In this document: positions 34,407 through 49,000 of the stretch, piece by piece
How positions within the stretch are numbered: position 1 is the stretch's first letter
Layout of the letters: every line of letters starts with the position of its first letter
Source: Balanoglossus misakiensis
Lineage: Eukaryota > Animalia > Hemichordata
Length of the DNA: 64,000 nt
Reading direction: 5' to 3'
NCBI GenBank assembly: GCA_040954595.2
Contig: CM082577.2
Span: forward strand, 12,965,903-13,029,902
The notes under the pieces: model-generated
Told to the model about the DNA's origin: nothing
The model's database searches: none
The model's input: only the letters and a program-made list of their open reading frames with translations
Made by a program: the position numbers and the translations under genes

Positions 34407-36600
34407 TACGGTAGCCCCCTCATGTCAAGCCTAAAATATTATTTTGAAAGTTAAACTTTCAAAATTATAGTCAATAACTTCTACCAAAAGTAAACTTAAG
34501 TTTTGGTGAAGGCAACTATAATTTTGACGCACACAATTTCAATTTCAGTGGAGTAAACTTTTTAATTTTGACAGTAAAACTTTAATTTTACTTTACACAA
34601 CTCTTATTTTTGAGAACAAAAGTTTAATTTCCGAAAGCCAATTTTATTTTTTCCGAGAGTAAAATTTTAAGTTTTTTTTCCAAAAAAAACTTCTAACACT
34701 TGAGATAAAATTATCTATACTACATAGTATTATTTATCAGGGCCCCTACACGTCAATTTTAATTTATTATTTTGGAAGTTAAACTTTAATTTTAGATAGA
34801 CAATATCTTTTCCCAAGAAGTAAACTTTAATTTTGGTGGCGGCAACTAATTTTGATGGACAAAACTTTTTGATTTTGACAGTAAAACTTTAATTTTACTT
34901 ATCACAAATTTTATTTTAGAGAACCAAATTTTATTTTTTCCAAGAATAATATTTTAATAAAGATTTATTTTGTCCAAAATAAACAGTAACAACTTGAGAT
35001 AAACTTATTCATACTACGTGGATTTTTTTTTCCAAAAAGAAATGTTTTAATTTTTAAAGAAAAAGTTTATTTTGTAAAATAACAAATTATTTTTCCCAGG
35101 TGAGAATATTTTACGGAGTTAAATTTTAGTTAACATTTAAATAACCGTTAAACAATCGAGATAAAATTATCTGTACTCAATGGAATTATTTAACTTTTTA
35201 AAACAAAATTTTTTTATTGCTTAAGAAAAAAAAATATTTTCTAAAGTAACAAATTATTTTTCCCAGGTGAGAATATTTTACGGAGTTAAATTTTAGTTAA
35301 CATTTAAATAACCGTTAAACAATCGAGATAAAATTATCTGTACTCAATGGAATTATTTAACTTTTTAAAACAAAATGTTTTTATTGCTTAAGAAAAAAAA
35401 ATATTTTCTAAAGTAACAAATTATTTTTCCCGGGTGAAAATTTTATTTTACAGGGGTAAATTTAATCTGATTTCTAGTAACACAACTTAATCTGATTTCT
35501 AGTAACACAACTTATGGGGGGCGCTCTTTCTAATGCTACTGACAAACTTTTGTTATGAGGGCGCAATTCAGGTTTCGGCGTGCGAATTTCTTTTACATGC
35601 ATGACAAAATATATTTTCACAAAGCAAAATATTTTTTTCTCCGCGGCGGAAATGAAGCTATCCCACAATTCCCGTACATGAGGACGTTACAGGAGTACAT
35701 AAATCCAACAAACAGATGCGATGGCTATCTATCCACAGTGCAATGTTTACAGATTGTATCTACTACGGCCGGAGCAGACAAATCCGGACAATTTCGCCGA
35801 CGTATCGTAGACCTTTGAATGACGCTGATGATCAAATCGAATACAAGATCTAGGGGAGTCGGTCTGTGGGAGAAATCGGCCAGGTGCTAACTTGGCTCGT
35901 AAAATCATTGAAATTAAAGTTGTTTAAATTATGTTTCGTGTATGCTTCACATTTTACGTGTACAGTAAACCACAGTCCTGCTCTGTCCCTGTCCCTAGGC
36001 AGTTTGTGGAGTGACCGTGGTACAGTCGCCGCCGTTTAATCAGGACACCATGGGCGCAGACAAAACATCCCCATTAACCGGCTGTTCCGTTTAGGGTAAA
36101 ATGGTCGATCCCACCCACACATGTTCACCTTACACGCTATTGTTTACTTGGACATCGACGGCAAACAATTTCCATATGATGGTCGACTTTCGCGCTGATT
36201 ATCGAACCCACCGCGGCTGACTGAGTTATAGATAGCCGCTCTAGAAAACATGACCTCAGACATGGTCCTTCGGGACTGTGCCTCGAATTCAACGATCACT
36301 GCCGCTTATGAGGTCACCGGGGAGCTTTCCAAAGTGGTCGCGTGGAGCTGCTTTCACAAAGCAAAATATTTTTTTATTCGCGGCGGAAATGAAGCTATCC
36401 CTCAATTCCCATTCATGAGGACGTTACAGAAGTACATAAATCCAACAAACAGATGAGATTTAGTAGTTTCATAATTTTATTGGTATTTTAAAAATGTTTT
36501 CCTGTTTTTGTGTTTACTTTTGAGAGAAGATATTGTCTATAATTTTGAAAGTTTAACTTTCAAAATAATATTTTAGGCTTGACATGAGGGGGCTACCGTA
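34407..36600. mobile_element. Non-autonomous DNA transposon with IS3EU-type termini (TACGG...CCGTA), ~65-bp perfect TIR and 6-bp TSD GGTATG
   Basis: TACGGTAGCCCCCTCATGTCAAGCCTAAAATATTATTTTGAAAGTTAAACTTTCAAAATTATAG is mirrored at 36537-36600. GGTATG occurs at 34401-34406 and 36601-36606. AT-rich subterminal repeats are present. Confidence 0.9.
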
Positions 36601-37026
36601 GGTATGCCAGGCCCCAACACAGCGTTAGCGATCGTATGACGCAAAACCGGGAGATCGTCTAACCTTATTGTTTTTAGCCACCTTACAATTAATAAAATAC
36701 GTATATTATTATAAACATAGCATTTGTACAATGCTTGTGGTCTCGCGCCGCCTCTGTGGCCAGGGCTGAAAAAGCCAAAGGTCATTGCCCCTTTGACAGG
36801 CAATGAAATGGAACGCCCCAACACATGCAACAGAGAATTTGGGTCACCGCAGGGGTCACCGTGTCGATGACATTAGACACATGAGTCACCTGATCACAAC
36901 AAACACATGACCGTGCATCATGGCTGATCGTCAAAAGGAAAGGGTTCAGATCAACCTGGTTTTCGTTTCATTCGATTTCAGTATAGCGTGAAGGACAGTA
37001 CCCTTGACTGAGGCTGCAGAAGCAAA

Positions 37027-40000
37027 ATGGTAGGCTCTCTGGCGCAGCAGACACGGTGGCTTGTGTACCGAAATGTTGTCCTTAAAGCCAGAACTAAAAT
37101 TGCCACTGTACAGGTGAGTTTTAACTCAAGTTCTGTCACACCTTAGCCCTGCGTACAGGTTTGCGTGCTCCCGGCGTTACACGGCCTCGAACGCCGTGAA
37201 CACAGAGACCTGTACGCAGGGCTAAGTCACACCTTTGCCAGAATGACAAAATTCTGCCCTAACATTGACCCCTAGAGATAGAAGGGTACTGTTGCTCGCA
37301 ACCCTTCAAAGTATGTGAATGACTTCAAGGGGACACAAGTTACATCACAATTCCCTGCAAGACGTGCCAGTGGCTCTGTTGGGCCAGTGCCATACATGAG
37401 GCTATAGACGTTAGTTATAGATGCTAACAGCAAAGCGGGCAAATTTCTGCTGGATACTAGACTATACAAATTACAACCTGGGACCTTTCTATCGCTATGA
37501 ACAGATGAATACATAGTAGGCTACTCCGGCCGGCCAGTCACGTACGCACAGAGCATCGAACAGGCCTGGTGTCAGTTGTTCAAACAAGTGACCTATCGGT
37601 CAAAAGAGCTCTGCTGACTTTAACAGTGAAACCTATAGCTGGGCAATGATATGAATACCCTAGGTTTTAATCATAACAATTGTATTCTATTAAACAAAAC
37701 CAAACATAGACATCACAAGTATTTAATATCCACATTCAGCTTGATTCATTGTGCTAAAGAAAGAAAGAATTTATTCCTAAAGAACAACATCAAAAGGAAG
37801 CACCAAGGTTCTAATTTGCATATTCATGACCCCATCGAAATTCCAATTAACAAAATCAGGTAGAGGGGCACGATAACTCACATTCCTACCAAATTTCAGC
37901 TCCATCGTACATGTATTTAGGGAGAAGATTTTTTTACCAAAAATTCTATTTTTAGATCTAATTTGCATATTTATGACCCCATCATATCTAAATTAACAAA
38001 ATCAGGTAGGGGCACCATAACACACATTCCTACTAAATTTCAGCTCCATCGTACATGTAGTTAGGGAGAAGAAGATTTTTGACCAAAAATTCTATTTTTA
38101 GATCTAATTTGCATATTTATGACCCCATCAAATCCAAATTAACAAAATCAGGTAGGGACACTATAACACACATTCCTACCAAATTTCAGCTCCATCGTAC
38201 ATATAGTTAGGGAGAACAAGATTTTTTACCAAACAATCTATTTTTAGATCAAATTTGCATATTCATGACCCGATCATATCCAAATTTATAAAATCAGGTA
38301 GGGGCACCATAACACACATTCCTACCAAATTTCAGCTCCATCGTACTTGTAGTTATGGAGAAGAAAATGTTTGACCAAAAATTCTATTTTTAGATCTAAT
38401 TTGCATATTTATGACCCCATCAAATCCAAATTTACAAAATCGGGTAGGGGCACCATAACACACATTCCTACCAAATTTCAGCTCCATTGTACATGTAGTT
38501 ATGCAGAAGAAGATTTTTGACCAAAAATTCTATTTTAAGATCTAATTTGCATATTCATGACCCAATCAAATCCAAATTTACAAAATCAGGTAGGGGCACC
38601 ATAACACACATTCCTACAAAATTTCAGCTCCATTGTACATGTAGTTATGGAGAAGAAGATTTTTGACCAAAAATTCTATTTTTAGATCTAATTTGCATAT
38701 TTATGACCCCATCATATCCAAATTTACAAAATCAGGTAGGGGCACCATAACACACATTCCTACCAAATTTCAGCTCCATTGTACATGTAGTTGTGGAGAA
38801 GAAGATTTTTACCAAAACTTCTATTTTTAGATCTAATTTGCATATTCATGACCCTATCAAATCCAAACAAAACAGTTAAGGGCACCATAACACACATTCC
38901 ACCCAAATTTCAGCTAATTATGCCATGTCGTTTTAAAGAAGAAGATTGAAATACAAAAAGTTGACGGACGACGGACGACGGACGGACACTTATCAACCTA
39001 CTGCTACAGCTCGGCTGACACAAGTGACAGCAGAGCTAATAAAAATTGGCTATCCTTGGTACAGCTTTGTCACGTAAAGTTGTTCTCAGTAATTTTGTCT
39101 TAAAATCAAACAATCAATCAGTAAGTCAATCAGTCAGTCAAGCAATCGATCAGTTAATTAATACTAGTTAGGATGACTTAGTTAAACTTTTTTAACATCA
39201 CTGCAAAAAGTTGTGTACACTACATGACATGTACTCACAAGTTCCCAACATAAGATTGCTATCTTGCAGAGAACATCATGTGACAGTTTTGTGACATAAT
39301 CCACAATGTGGTAAATCATTACTGTTTGAGCTCCTGATAAAACTCTTCACCACTATTCCCTTTAGTTACTTGGATCAGATAGGGCGTACACATTACACAA
39401 AAAAGGCTAGGACCTCATCTAACAAAAAAAACCTAATCGTACATAGGTCCGGTCAGTAACATACATGTAGAAGATAATTTATCCCAAATGCTTTTGAAAA
39501 ACGTTCATATTCAAAAGAACAACAGTAACTGCCTCAGATTTTGAAGAAAAGTCCATAACAATGGGTCAGTTATTTTGGAATGCCTGTGGGATAATGTCTT
39601 GCACTTGGACATCACACACATTAGAAATAGTCAGGGTTAGCACCTCACATGCCCCTCTATGGCCTCTCCCTCCCTGTATTAGAATTACCGTAGTAAATTT
39701 ATAGTATACCTCTCCAAAATAGCCTTTGAGTGTGATAACTTAATTGAAATGTTGTAAATCATTCACCGAATGCCTGACCACAGGAACTTCACAAAATGAA
39801 GGGCACCCCCAGAATTCACATTGCACAGTGGATGCCGGTAGAAGTAAAGCTAACTGCAAACTTTTTATTTGCTTTGTGTGAAGTTGAAACATTCTTTGCA
39901 TAAATTGTAAGAGACTGAGCTTACCTTGTGAATTTTGCATTGGAGGGGGGGGATCGTGTTACTTTATTCCAAAATAACAAATTTTCTATAATGTTGAAAC

Positions 40001-43000
40001 ATGAAATGTACTGATCACCATGTGCGTGACGCATTTTTTTTTTTAAATTCCTTTATTTGTAGGAAATATTCTGGCCGGTATATTTTGTATTAATGCTTGG
40101 TGCACTTCGGGCGGGACTCCAACCGAAGACTGAACCTGCCATCGCAGAGTTCCCCAGCATGGAGCTGCAGACGTTTTCTGCACTGGACCCGAATTTCCCC
40201 CTTGCAGTGGCTCCGAACGACACCGGCATTCAAGAACTGATGGATTCAGTGACGTCCCACTTGTATCTCCAGAAGAATCGCACCTACCAGTATGTGATGT
40301 ATGAGACAGAAGAGGACATGGTCGCCGCTTACACCAAGGACACCAATTTGTTCCGTACAGGGATTGTTTTTTCGGAAGATCCGACAGCGGACATGAACTA
40401 CACGATCAGAATGCCGTACGAAACCCTGCCTTTGAATTCAGAGCTGTTTGCGGGGCTTGGTAAGTGTCTGCATAGTTATATATATGAAATCAAAAGAGAT
40501 GAAAAGTGAATAAAATTGTTGTGAAATTATGCAAATGCTTTGGCATCTAATCCAACAGAGAATGAGTCGTGATGGAAATCTTCCACCTCCAGTCTTGATG
40601 CCAATTATCTCTTGCATATTTTTCAGTAAACACTGCAACAAATGTCTGCCTCTAACCAACACCTTGGTCAATCCATGCATACCCAAAACCATGTGTAAAA
40701 TGACATGTATAATTCTGATTATGTGATGGTAAAGCCCATTTACCATTATAACCATCTTACCTATACAGGATGCAATATTAGAATACTGTGTCGAAATACC
40801 TACATTGTATATTCTTTATTAATTTTTAGGGGTTTGTTATGACCAGCAAGGCTTGTGTCCAGCAAACCAGTATCTATGGAGTGGATTTACATTGCTGCAG
40901 AGTACGATAGATTATGTGCTCATGTCTGTAAGTGGAATCAGTTTGTTTCTCCACTATGCATGGCTGTTTGCATTGATTCTCACTGTTCTATTCCCACTGT
41001 GTACATTTCATGTCCAGAATCCTACATGAATTTTCCATTTTGAAAAGTGTGTTTAGCTTTAATTACCCCTACTCTACAGAATCAAATAACATGGCTATAC
41101 TTGGCTGCAATGATTGTAGCGGGTGCTGCTACATACATGTACACGTGAGGATGTTTGTTTGCAGCACTATACAATTACATGTACAAGGCCGTCTGTGTTA
41201 GTGCCCAGGCCCCTTTAAACTTTCTGCAGGAAATCTTAAATCTTCAAATATGAATTGAAATAACCAAAATAATGCACAAAAGTGGGTTACTTTGTCTATT
41301 TAACTATTAATGACGCAATATTTATAGATTGTCAGATGATAATAAGGGACATATAACTGACATATTTTCTGTTTTCCTTTCACTTTGCAGATGAAGAACC
41401 CAAACTCTACTGCGCCTATGCCAAGTCTCTCTGTTCAAATGATGGGGAAAAATGAGTATCAAAGTTCAACCCTGGTCCTTCAGACGTTGAGTGCAGTCTA
41501 CTTTGTCTTTGCCTTCGCCCCATTTGTTGGCTTCTGCATGGTGTTCATTGTATATGAGAAAGAGAAGAAGATTACTGAGGGCATGAAGATGATGGGAATG
41601 AACCATCTTGCTCATTGGTATGTTTGTGAAATTTTCACATCTCCGTAGAATTTGTAATTTGCCAATTGCATTGCTAACTGAGTGCCTTACACGCAATGTC
41701 TTGTGAACAAAACAAATAAATGGAACTCACATAATGACCACTACTGGTTGAACAAAGTGAGTCTCAAAGTTATCTTTCATGTTGGACAATGACATTCTAT
41801 GAATAAATGTAAAGAAAATCACTGCAGAAGACTTCAAGGATAATACAGCAATTCGATAAAAAATTCAAATATATTTATTAAATTCACCAGAAATAAAACT
41901 TGTGCGTAATTTTAAAAAAATCTGTCATGTTAGGTTAAATTTGAGCGTAAAAAGGGTTGTATGATGCAGTCAGCATAGCCTTCCAAAGTCAAACAAAAGT
42001 TTATAGATACATGTACCGTATAATTGCACACACACACACACACACACACACTGCAAGCTGTGGTAATGTCACTGCAGTTATTAACATGTCATTTTGCTTA
42101 TGATGATTTTCAGGTTAGCATGGGTTATCACCTATGCTCTGCTGCTGTTTGGAACCTGCATCATGTGTGCCTTGATAGCTTGGGGGCTGGGAGTGTTTCC
42201 AAACTCCAACCCATTTCTGATCTTCCTGATGTTATACTTGTATGGCCTCTCATGTAAGTGTTGTTTCTTTTCAATGCTTCCAGTTACACCAAGAACATCA
42301 TGGGACAAAAAAGTTGATTAAGTGCAAACACATTTGTACGAACTTCTGCAGTAACGCACTGTGAAGCAACAATGTTTGAATTCACATTTGAATTTGTGAA
42401 CGTGCGCCACCTTGTCTGTGTACGTGATGCAGACTACATGTTCCTTATACATGAGTTCTGAAATGCATTGAGAATCTTTTAGAAAACAGAGAAAACTTAT
42501 GTTTGACTATTCATTTTTCAAAGGTCAGTCAAACATTCAATAAATTATTGATTTGAATGTTTCGCTCGTTTTATGTACATACACACTGAATCAGTTTTAT
42601 TGCCCCATAATGCCAAATATTTACACTGTGCCCTTTTGTCTGTTATATAATGGCATGATTTGCAACTAACCGTGCGTACAGGTCTGTGTGTTCCCGCCGT
42701 TACACGGCCTCCACCGCCGACCTGTAAGGCGCCATAGACAAAAGTGGGGAGTCTGCGGTCCGGATCCGGACCGCAGCTTTTTCGGTCGAAATTCGATTTT
42801 ACAGGGGGAAAAATCCTTTCCCTGTCTACTTCTACCTCCTAACCGACTCCAAATATGATGTGATTTACTTGTTCGCTTTCTAAAACTTTTGCATTTACCC
42901 ATAGAGATAAACTCGCCGTAAGCCTGTATGCAATATGGCGATCTCAACCGGTAACCACAAGAAAATGAATCAGAAAGCGAGCGGTTCGGACGTTAGTCTA

Positions 43001-46000
43001 GTCTTTTAAAATGCAAAGCAAACATTTCTGCGACTACAAAATCTGACGACAGTGATAAAGTTCATTGAATGGTTCCATTGATATATAGATCTTGGGTGTA
43101 TAATATTACTTTTATAACCAAGCAACTTACAATGTTGTTATGAACCTCATAAGCTGCAGTGTTTGAATAAAAAGTCATGTCATTGCACAGTCGTATAAAA
43201 ATTCCATCTTATCACAAACATACCCACAGGATTAGTAAGATTGAAATATTTTTCTTTTACAGTGATAACTGCTGCCTTCATGTTGTCACCGTTCTTCGAC
43301 AAAGCTCTGACGGCGGGTGGTGTGGGTTCTTTGCTGTCCTTGGTGATATCACTGCTGTATCTTCCAACAGCTTTGACAACTGTTCCGGTGGCCGTGCAGT
43401 GGGTGCTCGGCCTTCTGTCCCCATTCACTGTGGCGTTGGCTATCAATCAGGTAAAATATACAAGACAATTATTCGGCTTCTTGTCACAGTTGCCATGGCA
43501 TGGTTCAGTCCAAAGCCATTGTTTTTGGTGGCACATTGTACGGTTGGACCTCTAAAGAGGAAACTGGGGGGTGTATCTCACTCTTAGTTGTGTCCAGAGT
43601 GTTTCAGATCATCTGTGAGAACGTGGCTGTATAGCTATGTTGACACACATACATGCTACATGTGTGTTGACACAGACAGGCTGTTATACTGACAAGCAGG
43701 GTACACAGTAGCATGGTTTTGGGGGTAGAACAAGAAATGCCTTTGATAGTCAGAACAAAAGCACTCCTCATCAATTCAAAAGTTACAGCTAATGTCCCTT
43801 TAATCCATTTTCAACCAGGTAACTCTTCTGGAGGCTGGCTATGGTCAGAATGGTGTTCAGTTTTACAACATGCATCTTGGAGAGTTTCCATTCTCCTGGT
43901 GTTTGATCATGCTTGCTGTGGATATCGTGTTGTATCAGATCCTGGCAATCTACTTTGATAATGTTGTCCCAGGTAATGTCATGTAGTCACAGAAATGACG
44001 CTACATTTAAACTTGCGGCTTTTGATTTTTCGTTTGTGTTACACTTTTATGTTCATAAAGGCTAGCATCTTGGGATTTTCACCACAAAAAAAGTAGAATT
44101 TCATAGTTGGATATCTGTTCATGCGCAGTTCATTTATCTTGTGAGGACACTACGTTTTAACCATGTGTAAGTTGGAAAATAAACTCCAAAATCATGTTTT
44201 CATGACTAAACATACCGTTAGAGTGAAAATTTCATTGCAATCCAACCTATATAACAGATTGTTTTAATGAAATAATTCTCCATGTGACCTGCCACTACTT
44301 TTGTATATTACAGGACCATATGGACTGAGGAAACCACTGTTGTTTTGCCTGATGCCATCCTACTGGAAGTGTGGAACTAAATATCACCAAGTGAGTTCTG
44401 GTGCTGGAACTTACACAACAACCACTGAATCCCATGCGCATTCATATCCGGCTGTAGCATCTCCTCTGAACGGTTCCACTGAAATCACACCTATCAATGG
44501 AGGCCAGCCAGATGTTGAACCGGTGTCATCTCAGACACGTTCAAGAGTTGGCATTAGGTAGAAGTTTAATAGTGATTATTTTTTTCTTCTAAATTTGCAG
44601 ATGAGAAACATATATTAGGCTGCATTCACAAACACCTCTGGAGGGGACGGGAGAATTGAGGGCGGATTTGAAAAAATTGAGGGTATGTAACTTGTAAGGG
44701 GGTGGGGGGGATTTTGGAATAATTTGGGGACTGAAAGGGGACTTGAAAATATTTTGGGCTGTGCATTTGAATTCTCCCCCCCAAGGAGTTTGTGAATGCA
44801 GCCTTATGTATTACTGTGTTGTGATATAGTTTAATCCGTTAAAGCGCACGCACTACGAACCCGACATTACTAGCAAGGATTGCATTGTTGTGAAGATTTG
44901 CAATCATGAATGCAAATTATCAAGGGTGCTTATCAATTCCAGAGACAAATAGCAGCTAGAACTTATCACCTTGAACTTGGAAGATTTGTTTTACAAACAC
45001 ATGAGACAGCAAATCCATGATGGCAGTACATGGATTCTGCTGTGTTGACGCCTGACAAGTGTACATGTGCTATCAGCTCCAATATTAACACTTAAGAACT
45101 CATTGGGAAATGTGGAATAACTTTAATTTCTATTTTCATTAGAACTTTATTTTGGGTATGTTTATAACATTACATTCCAGATGTCTAATATCGTGAATTA
45201 ATATTTCACTTCCAGCATCTCTAACCTAGTGAAGGTTTTCAAAGGCGGGAAAAGCGGCAAACGTGTGCGTGCAGTAGACGGTGAGTGACACATTCAGATC
45301 AATAATGTTTCCTTCTCAAAGCCCCTATAGCTGCCAAATTGCACACATTTTTTTCCCACAATAAAATACTTCAAATACTTTTATATCTTGTCTTGGATGC
45401 CAATCAGGAGTGCAAATCATACTTGTATCATACACACCCATGAGTCAAGAATATATTGAGATTCAACTCAGAGAAGCCATTGATTGCTGTATAGCCCCAG
45501 CTCTAACAGATGCACAAGAGAAAATACATATATATTGTCTAGTGTTACCATAGTGTTAGTGGTAAGTGCACAGAGTTACTTGAAACTTAGTAGTTGACTC
45601 AGACTGATTGAGGGTTAAAAAACTAAAAAAAAATGAAAATGTTTTTTTTTTTCCAGGTATTTCGCTTGATATCTACGAAGGAGAGATAACATGTTTGCTG
45701 GGTCACAATGGCGCTGGCAAAACCACTCTCATCAATGCCCTGACAGGTATGACACCCCCGACTAGTGGTGGCGCAAGGATATACGGATATGACGTGACCG
45801 ACGCCAATGATATGAATCAAATCAGGACCATCACTGGAGTGTGTCCCCAACAGGACATAGTGCTGGACGCACTCACCCCAAGGGAACATTTAAAAGTGTT
45901 TGCAGGACTGAAAGGTATCGAAAATGACCGTTTAGAGGAAGAGGTGAGATATAACACACTTTGAATTGCGATTTGTATTGAAAGTTTACAATCGTGAGTT

Positions 46001-49000
46001 GTGAAAACCCCGGAATTTTGGGTTTCATTTCTTGTCAGTATGGAATCTCAAGCTTTGACAGTGTCAATCAAAATGTTCAGTGTGTCCTCAGATGTTAAAT
46101 TTATCTGTAGAACGAAGTCAACCTGTTCTCCCACCATCTCTGTGATGGCACAGTACATGTACATAAATTCATTGTTTTAGACATTTAGGTTATCTCAACT
46201 ATTTACTGTAAAACTTTTCTAAACCGAAACCTGTCTTATCTGGAAAACTAAATTGAACACATTTTCCTGTAACTGTCCCTTTGACATAGAACCTCTACAA
46301 ACTGAACACATCTGAAAACTGAACAATTTCTTCAGTCCCTTTGGTGTTTAGACGGGTTTTACTGAATGTTGGTTGGTTCACATTCAACGATATGTCTGTC
46401 TTGTGATAGGTCGAAAAAGTTCTCCGTGATGTTAATTTGGATAAGTGTGCCTCCACACCTGCTCAGAAACTCAGCGGTGGACAGAAGAGAAAACTGTGTG
46501 TTGGGATGGCCTTGATCGGGGATCCAAAGGTCAGTATATAGTCTCTTGTCACGAAATTCGCTGCCACAAGCTGGCGTTGGCATGTTGACATTTTGAATCA
46601 CACTTGCAGATCAATCTACAATGTTGTTTAGCTTCATTGCTTCCATGTTACATTCTACAAAGTTTGGTCTAGTAGACCTAACTTTCGAGAACAAAATTCG
46701 AACATTCTGACCGTCTTGAAATCTCTGAGGGAATACTGTAGTGAGAAGGGCAAAGTAGGCGATCACGATGCACTATCCTTTTAACGGAGAAAACCCGTTA
46801 CTCACAATTTGCTTGAAAATTTGTCAGAATTCAACAAAACTGTTTTCTTCTTGAAGCGGAAGAATTTCACAAAAATTGAGAAAATATTGTCCAATTTTCA
46901 GGTGTTGTTTCTTGATGAGCCCTCCAGTGGAATGGATCCATATTCGAGGCGTCGGTTGTGGGCGCTCTTGAAAAACAACCGAGAGGGCAGAGTTATTGTA
47001 CTGAGTACGCACTTTATGGATGAAGCTGACATCTTAGCTGGTAAGAGTGACCTCTGCAACGGGTCAAAGTTGAAAAATGTCTTTAGACATTTCTTTTCTC
47101 TTACAAGATTCAAGATATACCTCAGTGGCAGAATTTATGTGTCCTAATGTCATAATAGTATAACCAATTTTGACTATTTGGAATTTTTTTTTCGAAGATC
47201 GAAAGAATTGTGTTTGCTGGATTTAATGTTTTATAGCTAAATTGTACAGTACCTTTTATGTTTGAAAAACCCATCTAGGCTTGTATTTGTTTCAACCATG
47301 AAATACTTTTAAATTACCTTTGTAGCTGCGAGAGATTTCCGAGTCAGATTGAAGTTATTGGTCCAACATTTTGAACTTCATTGATACACAGGTCATTTTA
47401 AAAAGCTATCATAGACGACATCTCTATGGATATGGCCCAATTAAAAAAAGATGTTTTCACATTCACATTTCACTTGTTCAGGTAGATAAAATCTAAGACT
47501 CACATTTGGAGAATATAGCTTTGACTGCAGAATCAGTAAATTAAATGTTGGAATTGATGTGAAAATATTTGTACAGGGATGATCTTGACTGAAAAACCTG
47601 AGAAATGTTGATTTCTTATTGTTCCTCAGACCGGAAAGCCATCATATCCAAGGGCACTCTGAGATGCTATGGTTCGTCACTGTTTCTGAAGAACAGATTT
47701 GGCATTGGTTACCATCTTGGGTAAGTGCCTATCCATCTCCAGCAGAGAAGTGGATTGCTAATTTTGTTATTTCTCCTTGTACATATTGTGTGTGGTGACT
47801 TACTGTAAAACACTTTATTTTTCGCGAACAATAAATTTTCACGAGATACGCAAGAGCCAAAATAGCATGAAAATAAAAAGTCGTGTAAATTTTTTTTAAG
47901 ATAACGATGCAGTGAATGAAATAAGAGAACACGAAAATTAAAACTCGCAAAACAGTGGCCTCTCTCAATATCGCGAAAATTTCAACTCGCGAAAATAAAG
48001 TGTTTTACAGTATTATGCCATGTAGTATTTCACTGGCTTGGTGCGCATGTTGGTCAATGGTCCAGTCAAATATGAAAAAAAAATATTAATAATGCACATG
48101 TAGACAGCAAGTGTAAATCAATGATGACTAAACTGTATGTCATCATTTTAAGGAGAAATTATAGTGTATGATTGACTCAGTCATAAAATAAGGTTTAACA
48201 AAGATCTACCATAAAATAAATGTACCATATACAAGAAAATTTGTAAGAAAGTTGTCAATATGGAATCTATATCTCAACAAAACCCCATTCTATCACATTG
48301 TATACATTGATAAGCTTTACTTGTGTTTTTTGAAAGTGTAAAGTGAAAAAATAATATTGTATTTTTTTCTTATTTTTTTTACCAGGATGGTGATACAGCA
48401 AGGAAGTGATATCAGCCAGATTACAGATTTTGTCAAGTCTCAAGTTCCAAGTGCTGAACTGGGTAGATCTTATGGCATGGAACTGACCTACACTTTACCA
48501 TTACAAGATGTGACTGCATTTGCTGGTGAGTTTGTGTGATGTGCAGATTTTAACAGCGGGATGTACATGTGGTGTGTGCACTTGATGTACGATACTGATA
48601 AAGGCATTGGGTGTTTGGTTGAAATGTTGGTTTTTTTTATAAGAGGCTGGTAAATTAAATCTGACAGTTGTGCTAACAAAACACACTTGCACATACCTTA
48701 AAATGGCGACCTGTCCCAGAATCTGGTAACCGGATTCTGTAAATTGAAAAAAGTTGACCCTTGCAAATTGATGCATTAGACGGACACTGCAGATAATAAA
48801 ATGAGTGCATGAGTTGAAAGTGACATGGTCTGTGCTTCCGTGCTACATTCTGCTTAAGGACGTACGTTCAGTAAAATTGAAAGTATTGTCATATTTTTTA
48901 ATTGTGGATTTTTTTATTCTCCTTTGTATGTATAACTAAAATCCGTAATAAAATATAGGAGCCACCGCGCTTGTTTATGAAATACAGAGCCATGAATTTG

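Noticed and set aside
37800-38950. CRISPR-like array
   Set aside because: Whole units repeat with no unique spacers; eukaryotic intron context; no cas genes.
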